Shown: positions 35,542 through 51,801, counted from the first letter of the stretch. The stretch: DNA of 64,000 bases from Daphnia carinata (GCF_022539665.2 NC_081331.1:6758001-6822000), one strand, 5' to 3'. The notes: generated by a model from the letters alone, not told the origin. Made by a program: numbers and translations.

Positions 35542-36563
35542 TACCAGTGTGTTAAATACTAGTGATGGAAGAGGCGGAGGAGGGTTGGTTAGTGGTAGAC
35601 ACGAGTACTTTACACAAGTTAGATACCTTCTGTGTATGTATGTATTCAAGTTTTTTTGTTTTTTTAATAATTGGTTCCTCTTTTTCTTTGGCTCGAGGTA
35701 TATGATGATGTTCATTTTCTTTTCTTTTCGTGCATTAAAAAAATAAATATTTTGTAATAGTACCTTACGTTTCAAGTGAACAAAAGTTACAAGAATCGGC
35801 ACACGTCCAGCATTTTGAAATGAAATGGGGAGAACAAGAAAGAAAAGAAAAAATAGGTGAAAATTGTTTAGGTGGATACATCCTGTTGTATTTTAGCCTA
35901 AACTTCAAATGGATTTTTCAAAAAAGAAATTGCAGGCAGGAGCAGCAATGTAGTGACGGGAATGTAACAGACTTTAGATAAAAGTGGATAACAAATAGCC
36001 CTCAGGGTACTCCAAAGATAAGACAACAGATCCCCCCTCTTTTTGAACAGGAAAAAAAAAACAAGAAGAAAAGTGTATCGGCAAGTGAACATGACGAAAA
36101 TTACAGGTCTGGGCGTCATCACTTCACCACACCTCACCTCGCGCAACTATCGTCGACAGGGCTATTTTTTTTTAAACCTCCCCCCTCTTTTCCTCTAATA
36201 CAATCTATACGTGTGTGTGTGTGTACACACAACAGTATTGTATATAACAAGAGAAAATGAATGGTTGGGGGAGTGGGCATGTATATATATATATATATAT
36301 AGATAACAAACGATTTGTGTTAGATGGGAAAGGTGATTGCTCCGGGGGATTTCAATTTGTCCGCTCACCTGCTAATGACAAGGTAACATACACAATAGGC
36401 AACACACATATACTACACCACTAATGTGGTACGGCAGTCACTTTTTGTTTTGTATTTTATTTTTTTTTTTCATAGGGATTGGATATACAAAACGAAGGGA
36501 CTGTCGGGGGGTTTTTGCTGGTTTAGTTTGTAGCCGGGATCCGCCCACTATTATTTTATTCCC

Positions 36564-36594
<31 letters not shown>

Positions 36595-39500
36595 AAAAGA
36601 ACAATAAGTTGACTTGCCTCTCTTACACTTATTTTTTTTTTCCCGCACCTATCCACATCGAGGAGTCAGTTGGTTGTCTATCGGGGCCGTCTATAATGAC
36701 AGGGCGCTTCGCACGGGCATCAACCGAGGCGATCCAATCAACCCCTCGCCATTGCGTCGCTGATTATCGATCGTTACACATATAAACAACCCGTTGTGCC
36801 TTATTACATCGTCCAGCCCTTCTTGTTTTTTGTTTTGTTTTTCGTTCTTCCTTATCATCCTTTTCCATGCCCAATTCCATCATCTTCGCCTTATTCCCCT
36901 ATTTGGCTAAATTGATTTCCTATATAATCCTTTCGGAGAAGCAAATATACGTTTTCGTGCAGCTGCCATCGTTTGGATGGTTTAGTTCTCGAGGAAAAAA
37001 TTTGTGTTTTAAATAAAATAGAAATTGCAATCGAGTGATGATCTAGCGGTCCCGCAGCGACTCGTTCAATCGTTCCGTGACGATCTCCTTCGAAAGCAAT
37101 CGACGGAAATGGCGGGGAGGGAAATGAGCCACAACTTTTTTTTTTTCGTCGAGGAAAAAAAAAAAAAAAAAGGAAAGACAGGGAACGATGTGAATTCAGT
37201 TGAATGAATGTTGGACGTAAATCAGCGCTAGTTTAGTACCGGCCATTGGACTGCGATGATGTGACGCGTCTGAGAAGGAAAGAAGAAGAAAAACTAAAAA
37301 AAGGGATATCGTTTTTGTTTTCATTTGTTTTCTTCTTGTGGTTCCATCAGAACGACGAACGGGCACACGCCATCAGCTTTACCTCAAATACCACCACATC
37401 GTCCCACAAGCAACCAAGACAAAAAAAAAAAAAAAAGAGGGAAGAAAAAATAAAGGGGGAAAAGAGGCCTGAACAAATGTTTAAATACCTATCGTATAAC
37501 GTCTCTTTCTCTATATCTACCGTGCATCAGCAGTTCTAGCACACACACTGGCACACACCAAAAGGGGGTAGGATTTAATACACGACAGTTTGTATATACA
37601 CACTTATATATATAAATAAACAAATAGCTTTGGGTTCTTTATTATTATTTTTTTCTCTTTAAAACTCTCTTCTTCAATATCTCCAACTGGGATATATATT
37701 GCCTTCGAGCGTGTCACATCAGCGAGTGGGCTTGACACTTCAGCAGCCATCAGACCTCTTTCTTTTTTCATCTTCCTTCTGCCGATTTTTTTTCTCTTTT
37801 TTTTTAAATTTATTTATTTATTTTCACGGCGTGACACGACCATCAACATATTGGTTTCGAATCTTACGTTGTGTCACCGTGCCCGTAGCTACATCTATCT
37901 GTTAGATATGCTATGCGTGCAGCTATCACGCTGTGTGTGTGTGTATGCCTGTTTATGGAAGGCCCCGTTTGATTTATTCACGTCATTGCTGGCGAAGCAG
38001 ATTGAAGTTGAGCTATCTATCCATCATCCAGTCGAGTAGAATGTGTCCTTCCATCAGGAACGGAATGAGTGTGTTATTAAACATTGGCAAAAGGTTTCTA
38101 TAAAAATTCTTTTTTGTTTTATTGTTGTGATCGTATCGCAGCAAACAGTGTGTCATCGTCCTCGACTGTGCCAATAGGTTGGCTGTCTCAGATATAGCAA
38201 GTCTCGCCCGATCGCATCGAGAAAGAATCAATAAATGTAAAAGAAGAAAATAACTGTCAATATTGTTGTTTCCATTCGATTCTGTTGTTGTTTGACGTTT
38301 CTTGTAAGGAAGCAAAATAAACAGGTACACCAATCTTTCTTTTTGGCTTCATGAACGATCGATGCCTTTTCTATTTGTCCTGTGTGAGTTCAGGTGTCAA
38401 ACTCGAGTTCATCTATAACAACCATTGTGGCCATCAACAGCGAAATGGTTAAAAGCTATTGGGTGTAGGTAGACGTCAGGAAAGCAACACGTAGGACCAC
38501 TCAATTGCGATGTAATAATTGACATTGTGCAAGTAGATAGATTGGTCCTTTTTCCCAAATAGCTTCGTAACTATTCAGAAAAGCCAAGCCTCGCGCTGTT
38601 GGTTGTCCCAGCTTCTACTTCATCTACTATTCTTTTTAACCTTTCTATCACCTGGTACTCCCCTAGAAAAAGAAAAAAAAAAATGGTAACATGGTCATAC
38701 ACAGTTGGCCATGTTACCAAGGCCTCTTGCTATATAACTTCAAACCACTTCCACTGTGTGTTGTGTTACGGCCAAGTGAGTGCCGTTAACCTCTTGTGTG
38801 ATGTACAATAGAGAGAAAGACGAAATAAAGAAGGACCTACATTACTATTGGGACTTGGTCCATAAATTGATATCCCATTCACGACCTTTTTTGTGCCCAA
38901 GCAAGATCTCCTCGATTACACATGGACATCGTACTCGAGCCGATCACTCTTTTCACTGATTTCTTTTTGCAATTGTGACAACCACGCGTTGCGTTAGAGA
39001 AACGAAAAAGAAGAAAAACGAGGAAAGAAAATAAGCTTTTTCTCATTTTTTTTTTTTTTTGCACATTACAACCCAAATGATTGTGGGAAGTAAAACGAAA
39101 ACACACTTTGGCAGAGTCAATTGTCCTTCCTTCTCCCTCTTGTCCTAGTACCTTTTGAGGAAAATATGCCATGTTTCTATAGAAACGATTTGACTAACTA
39201 CCCAAACGTTCGAAAATTAAGTGTGATAAATGATGAAATAAAGAATGCTGTGCTTTTGTATATATTTGCCTACACAACAAAGAGAGGGAAAAAAAAGGGG
39301 GGAATTTGATGAGTGCGAGACGGAGGAGGTGCCAAAAAATGAAATTATTTTTGACTTTTTACCTGACAGCCTCCCGTTGAGCTACCCAGTCATATCTCCA
39401 ACGTGTGCATATATACCCGCTGCTCATGGATATATATATATACAGACACGCTCAATGACCCCCTCTGACACCTCGCTGGAGGTATTAAACAAAGTAGTCC

Positions 39501-41348
39501 CACTGTTGTCCATATACCTGTCCTGCCAAAAGACAAATTTTCATAGAGAGAAGAAAAAGGGAGGAATAAGGAAAGAGAAAAAAAAAACAATTCATTTAAA
39601 GAAAATGTTGGGCCTTGGAGTATGTTGACGTTATAAAAGATGACATCCCACAATCTTTTCTGTTTGGTTTTTTTTTTTTTTAATTCACCGGCAGGTGATG
39701 GGTGAACGATACCAGACTGGTGGTGTTGGCACGTTAAAACGAATTCGAATCTAAACAAATCTGTAGATAAAACAGAAAAATCAGTTTAGATGAAGATGGT
39801 TGATTTTGAACTTTAGCTTTGTCTGTTTTACGTTTTTGAATTTTGTCCCCCTTTTTTGGGGGGGAGGGGGGAGTTTTGTGGGGTTTACGACTTTGAATGC
39901 GAAGAGCCAAACAAGAGGTATAGAATTGTAGGTGGAGTCGTGATAGGAGATTGTCTTAAACTGAGGTGTTTCCAGGGGACTGGGTGTCGGCCTAACCAAC
40001 TCAATCACCCCGTAAAACAAAACCATCAACTGCAATAGCTATTATACGACCTTTAAACAAAACTGTCAGAGGTAAAAAAAAAAAAAAAAAAAGGGAAAAG
40101 GTTTCAACCTGTTTTCGTCTTTTGTTGCTGGGCATGTCCACTTCCGATGATTTCATTCTAAAAAAAACAAGTAAAGATAAACAACTAGTCTATAAAAAAA
40201 TTCCATACGCCCTCACCAACTTAACTTTCAACCAGGGAAACACTAAAAGAAAGTAATTTCATTTTAAAGCATCTAATACGCATTTTCCGTTCGACAAACA
40301 AAAGAAAATCAAATACGATTCTAGGGGACATCCAAATCCCACGCGTATGATTGAACTGCAATAAAATGATGCTATTATATATCTACATAGCAAGCTCAGT
40401 TAGCCTCTAGTAAACGAATATGTGAACTCAATTAACTGTCCTATTGTGTACAAAATGCCCAACAGTGAAACGCGATAAATTACTTAGTGAGGATAAACAT
40501 TGATCGGAGTCCCGAGTTGTCACCAATCGCTTTCGTTCGTCGATGGCTAGGCTTTGATTCTACATAACAGTTATCCCCCTTTTATTTATCGCACAACAAG
40601 CCGTATATTCCAATGGCCATTCCTTTTCTTTTCGAAGCTAAACTATACAGATGAAAAGCGATATTGTATGCGTCCTCCACTTTTGCGTGCTCGAAAAATT
40701 CTTACAGATAAAACAAGCCGTAAAACTTGTCTTGAGAACATGAATTATAGCCATACCTGTTTTATATGCTCGATTCTTTATTGCGAGGAAATATTTTCGA
40801 AGAGAAAAAAAAAAAATGATAATGATAACGTGAATGTGTACACGGGTGTTGTACACGCAGTCTGTCATAGCCCGATGATGGTCAAAGTTCTTTAGAACCG
40901 AGAGAGAAAAAATGCGGGCCAAAGGAAAAGAAGCTCCAATAGGATACAGAATGAATTCTAGTTGCAAATGGACTGTGAAAGTGGTGGCCACTTGAATGGA
41001 CGCGTATAATTTGTTTCCCTTCTTTCTTTTTTTTTTTTTCCTGAAGAGAGAAACTATACTCGGCCAGGACAAGAGTTATTGATAGGTATTCCATTGAAGC
41101 TTTGAAAAAAAAAAAATATCAGCTTCTTTTCAATGCTACCTTACATTCTTCTGCACACTGTTGAAATATGTATACAGGCAGAACTATGTTAGTTTCAAAC
41201 TGTATCGTATAGTGGAATTCAAGCAGTGGGAGGAGGCAGGTCAACTTGATTGTAGGAGTCAGTAGATGGGGGGTAGCAAGGTGTATTTATAGCTCTATAG
41301 GTGACAATAGTCTTGATTATATATACCAGAACGGTGAAGAAGACCCTG

Positions 41349-41386
<38 letters not shown>

Positions 41387-44300
41387 GGCGTAGGTGCCCC
41401 TCATCGTGCCTCTTTTCTTATACTATTTTTTACACGTTTTCAGATGTGTGTGTGTGTGTACCTCTTTTGGAAAACCCTTCACATCCGTCAGTGTCAGGCA
41501 CGATGGCCACCCACAGCACGTCTCCCCTTCCCTCAACCGTGTTTCCATTCAAGTAGTTTGGGGTGGCCCTATGCAAAAAAAAAAAAGGAGAAGAAAACAG
41601 GCACGACAAGGAGGAAGAAAAAAAAATATACATCACAAGTTTTTGGTGTCTATTTATCCTGTGCATATGTATATATATCGACATGGCTGAATTCGTGTGG
41701 GTTATAACTGCAGCCCAAAGTGAAGAGATAGAGGGGGGGGGGGCTCCCCTATTGAGCTATAGTCCTATGGAAATTTTTGGTAGTCGTTAAAGGGCTATGT
41801 GTTGTATGAATGCGCCCATGTAGAGCTAGAGCACTCTTCAGGAGCAATTCTTCGACTTCTATTCAGCTGCTGAAGTAGGCGCCCCCCATCACTTTTCTTC
41901 TTCCATTTTTTTTTTGTATATATTTTTTTTTAGCCATGTATTTGTGGATTATCCTTTTTTTTTCGAGGTGAATATCTCTCTATATACGTGTCACAAACAA
42001 AAAAATTTCTTAAAGGGGGAGGTTTATGGAACTGCTCATCGAGTATCACTTTGACCTTTCTCAGTGGTCGGCTAGTTGCACATTTCATTTTTTTTATTGA
42101 CTCTCTCGTCGTCCCCGACGGAGCTCATCGGGGTTTCCCGAATCCGAAAAAGTCTAAAAAAAAAAAAAGATTATGAGCCTAACAGAAACTCTATTATAGT
42201 TGTGTATTTGTAGGTCGTGAATTTATAATTATGTATAGCCACATTCACTGAAAATCCCTGTATTTCATTTCTATAGACCACACCTCATTATCCGTTTCTT
42301 TTCCCTCGGCACATTTCCAACTTCGATTGTTATGCGGAATTTCATTTCCCTTTTTTTCAAATTATAGCGTAGCATACTTAATATCAACGTACCAGTATAA
42401 TAGAAGTGATACCGTATCGTTAATAGTCGTCAAAGATAAATAATAAAAAGTAGAGGTGATGGGCGACGGAGGGGGTGTGGTCAGAGGGGCGGTTGCGTCG
42501 GCGTGTTTATGTCATCGCGGCGAACACACCCAATCAAAAAAGAGGGGAAAACAGACAGTTAGAGAGATATGGTAAGAAAGAAAAAAAAAACAAACAAAAC
42601 CAAATAGAAGGTGGAGATATGGTGGGGGGGGGGGGAAGGAAATGTTAGAGTGACGTCTGTGTGACGGTTTGCCTACACGGACCTCCCCGCTCGTTTCTCA
42701 TCCGTGTATGCACAGAGACGCATGAGCGCTTTACGCCCTGTCAACTTCCAAATCGATGGACTTGTCCATATGGACATCGGAATTGAATCACCTTCGTGAC
42801 TCGTGCCACTTAGAAAAACGACCACCAACTGCTCGTCGTGCCGCCATTACGTCGATATGATGGATTGCAATGACTCTGGTGTGACGGAATAAAAAAGAAT
42901 AATAATAAAAAACGATAAATAAATAAACAGATATTATGCATCGTTTTTATGATGTACACGAGGGAATATTACGACGTAATACGAAGTTCAGCCTTGAATC
43001 ATTTGCTACGGATGAGAAGACTTTCGTTATCTCATTTTTTCTAAATCTACAATTTAATGCGTTCAATTAAATCGAAAATTTTGTTTTGTTGACGCTTTAC
43101 CAAACTGCACCAGTCAAACTGCATTAGCCTCTCCGGAGACGTGCAGTCTAAACGCTTGAAGTTGATCTCTTCGTTCATCGGTTTTTGATTGCGATTCGTT
43201 CAGTTATCGAATTAGCGGATTCCATGCTCGTATTCCAGGTAAATAGTGGTCTAAAAATGAAAACGGCTAGTTTGTTATATTTTCACGCTACCTTTTGATA
43301 TCGGATTAATTGTGAAAACGTTTAAGCTCTTTAGCGCGCTGTTGCAAATGCGTTAGATTCGAGCGTCAATTTGCCTGTTTAAATTTCTCCATTCTCGCGC
43401 AACGCACGAAAAGAAGAACCATAGAATCAAGCACGATTGAACAACGTGAATCGACTTAACGATATTTTGTATAATGTAGGCACACACAAAAGATGCCTTC
43501 ATCATCTTTTGCCAGTTCAATTTTTGCCACCTTGTTGTACGCTATGTGCGTACACAATGGCGGGTTCCATGGAGGTACATACATCAAATACGGGAAAAAA
43601 AGGACGATCAACTTCCATCAAAATACCTGCCTCACTTTGAGCTGTTCCGTTTTCTTTTGATATGTATACAATATTTTTCGTTTTTCGCTATAGCTGAGCC
43701 TCTTTGGATCATAAATCAGTTGAGATTTGGCCTAGGCTTTTGTTGCGTTTGGGCTTGCATATAGTGGCTATTCTTCGTTGCTCAACAGTTTGATAGCGTC
43801 TTGTTAGACACCTACTATGTACACACAATGGCGGCCTTTTTTTTTTATTTCTGAGTATATAGGAAAAATACATTAGACTCGAAAGAAAGAAGTATATATA
43901 TATCAAGTATCGTACACAGGAAAGACTAATTTTCAATAGTACTTTTATTCATCCATATAGGTGAGGGCCATTTTACAAGAAAAACACACTCCCCCAATCG
44001 ACTTGTCTACCCCCAGTTTTTACGGATAAGCTTTTTTTTTTTTTTAATAATAAAAAAAAAAAGAGATGAATTATGATCGGTGGGTTGTGAATGAACGGTG
44101 GCTGCCCATGACGAACGATGTCATGCGACACTCTTTCGAATGTTTCGAGTGCACGGCGAAAATGGGACCGCTTGTTGTTACATCTATTACACACGTACAT
44201 ATCCAATGCTGTTTGACTCAGTTTCTATTATAGGCTCTCGAACTGGTATAAGAGAACTTGGTTTCGATTTGAAAGTGAGGGGAGAGGCCTATCGACGTGT

Positions 44301-46813
44301 ACAAGGCAACGTTTCTTTTTTTCCAATTATCGATATGGATGTTGGACACGCGCCCTCCCGATGGAGAAAGAGGCGACACTTCACTTGAATGGTCGAGTGC
44401 TCAGGGGATCCTGTCGCAAATCATCGGAACAGATGAAGGCAGAGACCAAGAAAAATTGAGCGGAAAAAAAAGCTTTCCAACCGATGAGACTCAAAAAAAA
44501 AAAAAAAAAAAAACAACTTTGGACGACTGTGGCGCGTATAAAAAGCCACGCTACTTTCCCGCGGGAATGTGTTGACTGACGGCGTTGGATATAAACACGT
44601 AAAACGAGCGCGGACGTCTCACATGATTGGATACCCTGAAGGTTTTTTCTTTCTTTTTTTTTTTTCTTTCTTACGTTTTATGATCTACTTATGCTGGTTT
44701 GCTGTTTATTTATTGATGGCAAGCTGCTGCGTTCTGTATGGGTTCCTTTTAGAGCTACTCCGGACGAGAGATAGAACTTATTTATCATCTTCGTTTATTT
44801 TCTTTGCCATATTCGGTTAGCTTTAAATGAGAAAAGTGAGTTGTTATTGTATCAATATGCGCGTTATATATGAGACGCATTTCGCTGGAATGGTAGCATC
44901 AACAGTTGCGCCCTTCGTGACCTAACAAGTTACGATAATAAGAATCGGAAAAAAACAACAAAAACAAACCTCATACAGAAAAATTGTTCTTTTCAGAAGG
45001 AGAAATTTCGAGATTCTGATTAAAGAACTGTCTGACTGTTCTTTCGGTCGAATAAATCGGAATGTTGAACGAACCCGTTACGAAAAATTCAAAGAATTTC
45101 ATTTCCTTTTTTGCAATCGTCTTCGAAAAATGATGAAATTCTTTAACAATACGCAAAAGAAATTGATCGAAGCTTCAGTTTTTTTTTTTTCACGCTTTGC
45201 GAACGGCCAAATGAAAAAAGACATTTCGAGACAGTCTCGCTGTGGCGTATACTAATAAGGACTTGACACGGTTGACAGCTAAAGGCAATAGTCCTTGCAT
45301 GGGCTGTTTGAATTTCAGCCAGTTGGGGAGCTATATCTTTTCATATATATACTGTATATACATACATCCATCGAATCACGAACTGCATAAGTGATGAGCC
45401 TTCCGATGCGTGAGGACGAATTATCTATCTCTAGCCTAGAATCTTAAATATTATTGACATTGCCGCATGTTCACTGGGGCGACTCATAGTCTCGACGTTA
45501 TTCTAGAAAAACGGCGAAATAAAATGAAACGAACGCGCCATGGATGACATCCAATTTTGCATTGTCCATTTACTTAATTTAAAATTCGATAAAAGAAAAA
45601 AAAAAAAAGACTTTGGTCAGCTAACCTCAATTTCCCTATTTCGCTCTGCATAGAAGAGTAGATCCCCTACCCACAGCAATTGACTGTTGTAAAAAAAAAA
45701 AAAAAAAAAACAGAGAGGGGAGTTTAAAAAAAAAAAAAAAAAAAAAAAAGGTGTTCTTAACTTCTTATTGCCGGAAAGTGGCGTGGTGTCGGTTATATAT
45801 GGCTTGAACACGCGGATGGATGGAGGAAATAGACTGTTTTCGAAAAGAGATCCTTCCTTTAACATCTCCTCGCCACTAAAAAGTAATAAGAAAACACAAA
45901 AAAATGGGGGCCCCACACACGCGCCCTATTCGACCATTGCGACCAAAGAAGGACAGTATCTGGTCGACCAATCGACCACGGAGCCAATGCCATTCGGTTT
46001 CACTGATGACCGTTGACCGTTTGCTGTTAACGCATTCGAACAGTTGGGTGGGCTGGAGCAAGACACCCTTAAACCCACCAGGTTTTTCATATAGGCCCAT
46101 TCCTATGCTCAATTTGGACTTTTTTTGTCTCTTCCTTTTATTTCAGAGGATTTCAAATGTTGGGGTTCTCTCTCTTCGACGATTACATGGTCATGTCGCC
46201 AGTCTAGGAGGGTACGCGACAGCGCAGTAGCCAACGCCATCGTTCGCCGTTTATTGGGGGGTTATTCCATACAGAACCAGAAGAAGAAGACAACACAGCG
46301 CAAAGGGATATCAAGTGGACCATCCCCTTTTCTTCCCAATCTGATAGCACCGTGTATAACTCACCAACTTCCTTCTCTGGGCGTCATCAACGTCAACAGC
46401 GTTTAGACTGTTTTTTTTTTGTTTTTTTTTTCCTATAGATGTGCCCCATACTGCGCGAGCATCTGTATCCTTTTTTTTTTTTTTTTAAAGGAAGAAAATC
46501 AAGCAGATTAGCATCGAAACTTGTAGTTGGGATACGGTCCACCACCCTGAAATTCAACTCTAAAACTGTAGTTGACGTAACAGTTAAGAAATAGGCACTA
46601 AATTTTGGAGCCCAAAAACTGAAAGGCACAATCATCCGCATTTACCTCTGTTGTATAGGCTACGTGGTATTATAATTAGTCCCCCTCCCCCGTTTCTCCC
46701 TTCCCAAATAAGTCATTCAACTCTTCTATACCGAAGAAAAATGGGGATGCATTTAAAGGAATATTTCCAGGCGATTGCGTCCGACTCTCGGCTCAGCAAT
46801 TAGATTATGTAGA

Positions 46814-46814
46814 G

Positions 46815-46863
<49 letters not shown>
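46814..46863. repeat. Compound (TA)n(CA)n microsatellite
   Basis: tatata run directly followed by a long cacaca run. Confidence 0.9.
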
Positions 46864-46864
<1 letters not shown>

Positions 46865-49800
46865 AGCGTTTGCCGTAAATGAAGTCTTTTGTTGTTACGG
46901 AAAACGGAATGAAGTCAGCCACGGGATATATATATATATATAAGAAGAAGAGAAACCCGGTGGAAATAACAGCAACGGTCGTTAAAGAGAGATGAACCAT
47001 TTCATTTAAGAGTCCCCCAATTTATATGCAACAGCGCACTTTTTTTTATTTTTATTTTAGCAGGGTACGTCCTCTTTGCACAGTCTTACGTCAGACATCA
47101 GAAGCCTGCTGCAGTGAAATTGGACTTCAAACTTTTCGTTGGCTCCCGAACTCTGCCCTCTCTTTTCAACGTTTTCACGTCCACATCTTCTACGATCAAA
47201 TAAAAAGATTTCTTTATTATTATTTTTTTTTCGGTTTGCTCATGGGTCTTTTGAAATGACTGCCCATCAACATGCAAATGGGGCCCTGTTCTCCAATCAA
47301 AACACATCGTGCACGTGCGCCAATTTACCGACTGGGCAGGTCATTTTTTGTTTTGCTTGTGCAATACCTTATTTAGAACTGACTCAGCTGAAAACGCCCT
47401 GCTCTTTAAACAAATTAGCATTTGGGCAAAACCCATCTGTCGTTATACCTTTTGATTTGCTGAAGACCTAAATAGCACACAATTTTAAAACGTGTTCGTT
47501 GAATAGAAATCAGCGCTCTCTTTTCAAAAAAAAAAAAATTATTATTCAAAAAATCAAGCTGTGCGTCTCGTATAGTCTCGTCACAATCGTCGTGATCTAT
47601 AGACTGCTGCGTCTTTCATCCGTTATCCTTTTTTTTTACTCAAACGCACCCAGCGAATGATTCACGAGAGCCGTTTGCCGGGGAAAAAGCCCAGCCGGGT
47701 TCACATTGGTTCACATTCCTAACGCTCTCCTCTCTATGTTTTTCCTCATACCCAATGGGAAGGTAAGGAAAAAAAAAAATATTCTTTTTTTTTAACAAAT
47801 CCAATAAAAATTCCGGGCAATGTGTGACGCTCAATTTTGTTTGTTTTTTTAACGAGTGAATAAAAGTCATAAATAAAAGCAGGATTGAGAGTAGACTTAT
47901 AGAGTCGCTATATCACTGCAACGTCCGCGAATTACAACGATTAAATGTATCCATCTAGATGGAAGGGGGTCTGTCGGGGGCGAGACACATCATCCCGGGT
48001 ACAATAGACGTGACACGTAAAAAAAAAAAAAAAAAAAGAGGAACTAAAGAAAAGTGGTCTATTATAGCGCAAGTCTAAGCGAAGAGAGGGGGTGATGTTG
48101 GTTCAGGACAAAAACGAGAATAAGCCACGGTCCTTTTCATGCGAACGGTGGAAGGCCGCAATTCACCGCGGCTGATTGTGGCGATGGCAGTTGACGTCAT
48201 AAAGTGTTACATGCCATAGAAGAAAAAAAAAAAAAAAAAAAAGGTGGAAAAAGGAAGAGAGGGACAGCACACAGAGAGAATAAATAAGAAAAATAGATAA
48301 ATAATATCGAGTGCGCTAGTGCGTCAATGAGAAAATGAATCAAGAATAAGAAAAAGGGCCAAGGGTAAAAATGGAAACGTGTCAAGAGTATGTACGGTAC
48401 TATATAGCTGTCATGGACTGTATATGTATGTGTGCCGAAGCGCTGACGAAGTCTCCCTTTTTCCTTTTGATGGTATAACGAGCTCTATTCAAAAGAAGGG
48501 CCGACGGGACGAGTGTGGGACAGGCACGTTTCGGCGTGATGACGGACACCTTTTCGGTGGCGTCAACGTAGACCAGCCCAGGTGAGAATATACAACCGAT
48601 GAAAAGTGCCCATCAAAAGGGCGAAGGAAGAATAAACGAATAAAAAAAAAAAAAAAATGAAGAAAATATGAATGAATGGATGATGAATAAAGAAGAGGAG
48701 CCCTTCTTTTCCCTTCTCCTTCTTATCATACACATGATAACTTACGCTATTCCTTAATAAATTGCACTGTGCTGCTGCTGGCTTCTGGCATCTACCTTCT
48801 TTTTTTTTTTTTGTGGGGGGGGGGGGGGGGGGGAGGGAGAGGGAGAGTCTACATATAGCTCTGCTAGAGAACGGACTGCACAGGCAGTAACAGCCGGGAC
48901 GAACGAGTGAACGAGCCAGCGAGTGACAGTCGAAAAAAGTATTTTTTTTTTTTATTTAAAGAGAAAAAAAAAGGAGTGAAAGAGAGAGGCACGACAGAGG
49001 GAAAATCACGTGATTACTGGCCTATTCAACCGCCACAAAAACATCTTTCACCAACTTTTGATACGCAGCTTGACGCACCACGGCCCCAACACAAGCGTCC
49101 GTCTCTTATGAAAAAAAAAACAGATGATCTTTTTTCCTTCTGCGTTCGACTGGACGTTTTTCTCGGCATATTTCGTAATTCCCATCTGGTCGTTTTCGTA
49201 ATACGAAAGGAAACGAATCGTGAAATGACGGACGCCATGAATTTGAATATTCGAAATTGCCCAATGGCAAAAGTCTCAATATTTCCCCAAAGCACAAGCC
49301 CGTTTTCAGCTTGTGCTTTGAACGAGGCGATCAAAGAGCCTGCGGTGAGTCAACATACTGAAAATCCAGATGTAACTCATGACAGCACTTGAGGTGATCC
49401 AGCAGAAAGGCAACAAACAAACTCTCCCAGTCAAACTTTCAAACACACACACACACACACACATACATAAAATGAGAGGAGAGAAAATGTTTTGAAAATA
49501 AAACAAAAAATGGGGATAGATTGTTTCTTCTGAATTCCTTTTGGCTACGAGCATTGCTATTCTTCTGTCTACTGTTTATTGACTTCATTTCAATTGAATA
49601 CAAACGTTGAAAGGCGAGGAAGCTGAAAAGCTTGTTGAAGTGTTTGGGGCTCGCGCGATAGGCCGCTCCGCCCCCAAATGCTCGTCACGTGAAAGCCAAG
49701 AAACAAAAGAAAAACTTCCAAGACTTGAAATTTCAAAAAAAAAAATGGGGCTAGCGCACGCCAGCACCTTCTTTTTTTTTTTTTTTGCTGGAAAGAGATC

Positions 49801-51801
49801 CTCCCCTTAAAAAACAAGAGAGACATTCAAGTTGATAGACAGATAAAAAAAAAAAAAAAAAAGAGAAAAGAGACAAAAAGGAACGTAGTGTGTGCGGTCC
49901 TTGAGGTCTATTTTCTTATGTATTTATTATCGCAACGGAGGGAGGGTTCTGCGTGATGGTCCGCGCGCGCGCCCAGTTCCCCTACAAACTCTGGCCACTC
50001 CGAAATGCAACAGGGTAAAAAAAAAAAAAAAAATGCCGGCCCCCAAGAAAATATCTCTCTTTTATTTTTACGATTGACGCGAAGAGGGGGGTCCGTGGCG
50101 ATAATTCCTTCAGCTAGTGTCAACCGCGCTGGGTCTTTATTCTGCAATGCTGGCCTTATAGCCCTATATACACCGAGGAGGGTAGCATATAGAAAGAGAC
50201 GAGCCTTTCACTTAATTGGAGGCTCTTCTCTGGACCTCACAGACTCCTTCACCTTTTTTTAGTTATCTCTCTTTTTCTTTTTCTGTTTTTTTTTTTTTTT
50301 TTTTTTTTAATTTATTTTTACAACGTAGAGGTGGTGTGTTGTCAACCTCCAGGCCCAGTTTCTCTCTTAGAGTTTCATCGAACTACAGACACACACAAAA
50401 AGAAAAGGGAATTTGAAACCCCCCGAAAAAAAAAAAAAAAAAGGAGATGACCGTGTGGCTCACGTATTGCCCTTTTTGGGTCTCTCTCTTTCTTTTTTGT
50501 TTCGTGTTCACTGTCTCTCTGTTGTGCACATAGAAAAAAAAAAAAAAGAAGACAGACAGATCCGACTAGTCAAACCATTAACGGGTTGTAAATCAAGCGC
50601 TCTGTATAACACACACAGAGGAAAAAATCGAACTGGGGCCTTCTACAAGTTGCTAGAGCCCCTTGTAGCTGTTGACTTAAACAAAAAAAAAGAAAAGTAC
50701 ATCCAGTACACGTTCCATTGTCCGTGTCCTGTACGTACGATGCTATTATATAATAATACTGGCCTACGTACAAAACGTTAGCCCTCCTAATATAATACAG
50801 CCACAAAACAAGGTCATTGCTGGCTTATGTTCTTATTGTTACTTGACTCGCGCGCGTCCCTCCCTTTCGTCAAAGTGAAACCATACGGCCTGTTGGCCGT
50901 CTTCTTTTCCTTTTTGGACAGCATCAGGACGTTTTGAGTGGACATCTCACTTTAGACACTCCATACAAGCCGTCATACTTGTACTAACCCAAAAGGGACG
51001 CAGTTCAATAAGAAGATGAATACGTACTTTTTAATAGACTGTCGGAGGCCCAAAAAGAAGAGAAAACGATTTCGGCCAAAAATTCCAGACAGTTCCAAAA
51101 AGAGTAAACGAATGGCGCGTTTTGAAACGGTAAAAAAAAAAAATGCGACAACTGTTGCTAATATATCACAAGTGGGATCCTTATATGCATATATTTCTTA
51201 TTCAATTTCGAATCATAACGCGTGCATGATTTACAAGCGGACCCAACAGTTCAACGACTAGCTGGAAAATTGTCTTCCTTGTTTTCTTCTTTCGGCTTCT
51301 TCCGACGTGCGCCTCCAAAAAAAAACTGTAAGCGGGGGACGAAAAGAAATGAATTTTTCAAAATTGAAACGATCCAATTTGTATAATATATTATAAAAAC
51401 AAAAAGAAAAAAAAAAGAAAAAAAAGAAAAGCACTGGACAAGTTGAGAAGCCGTTAAAGAGGAGCGGCGGTGTCGGCGAAGCCGCACAAGGGCAAAAGAA
51501 AGAGGAAATGGACTCGTTAATGTTTCATATATATTAGAGCACATTACACACACGCATTGATATACATACTGTAATAATATTTATCACTGTAGCGCTTTTA
51601 CGTAATAAGGCGCTGCTGCGGTGTATGTTTCCGTTTTCCCGAGCGGGCACCCGTTGTCGCCCGGTTATATTAGACGGGCAGGAAAGTCACAAGCGCTTAT
51701 GGTTAGCTGCGTTTCTCAAAAGTGGACATATTTCAAGGTGACCGCAACGTCTTTCCCATCACGTATTACCGGTAAATTTCATGACGTATTGTTCTACAAA
51801 A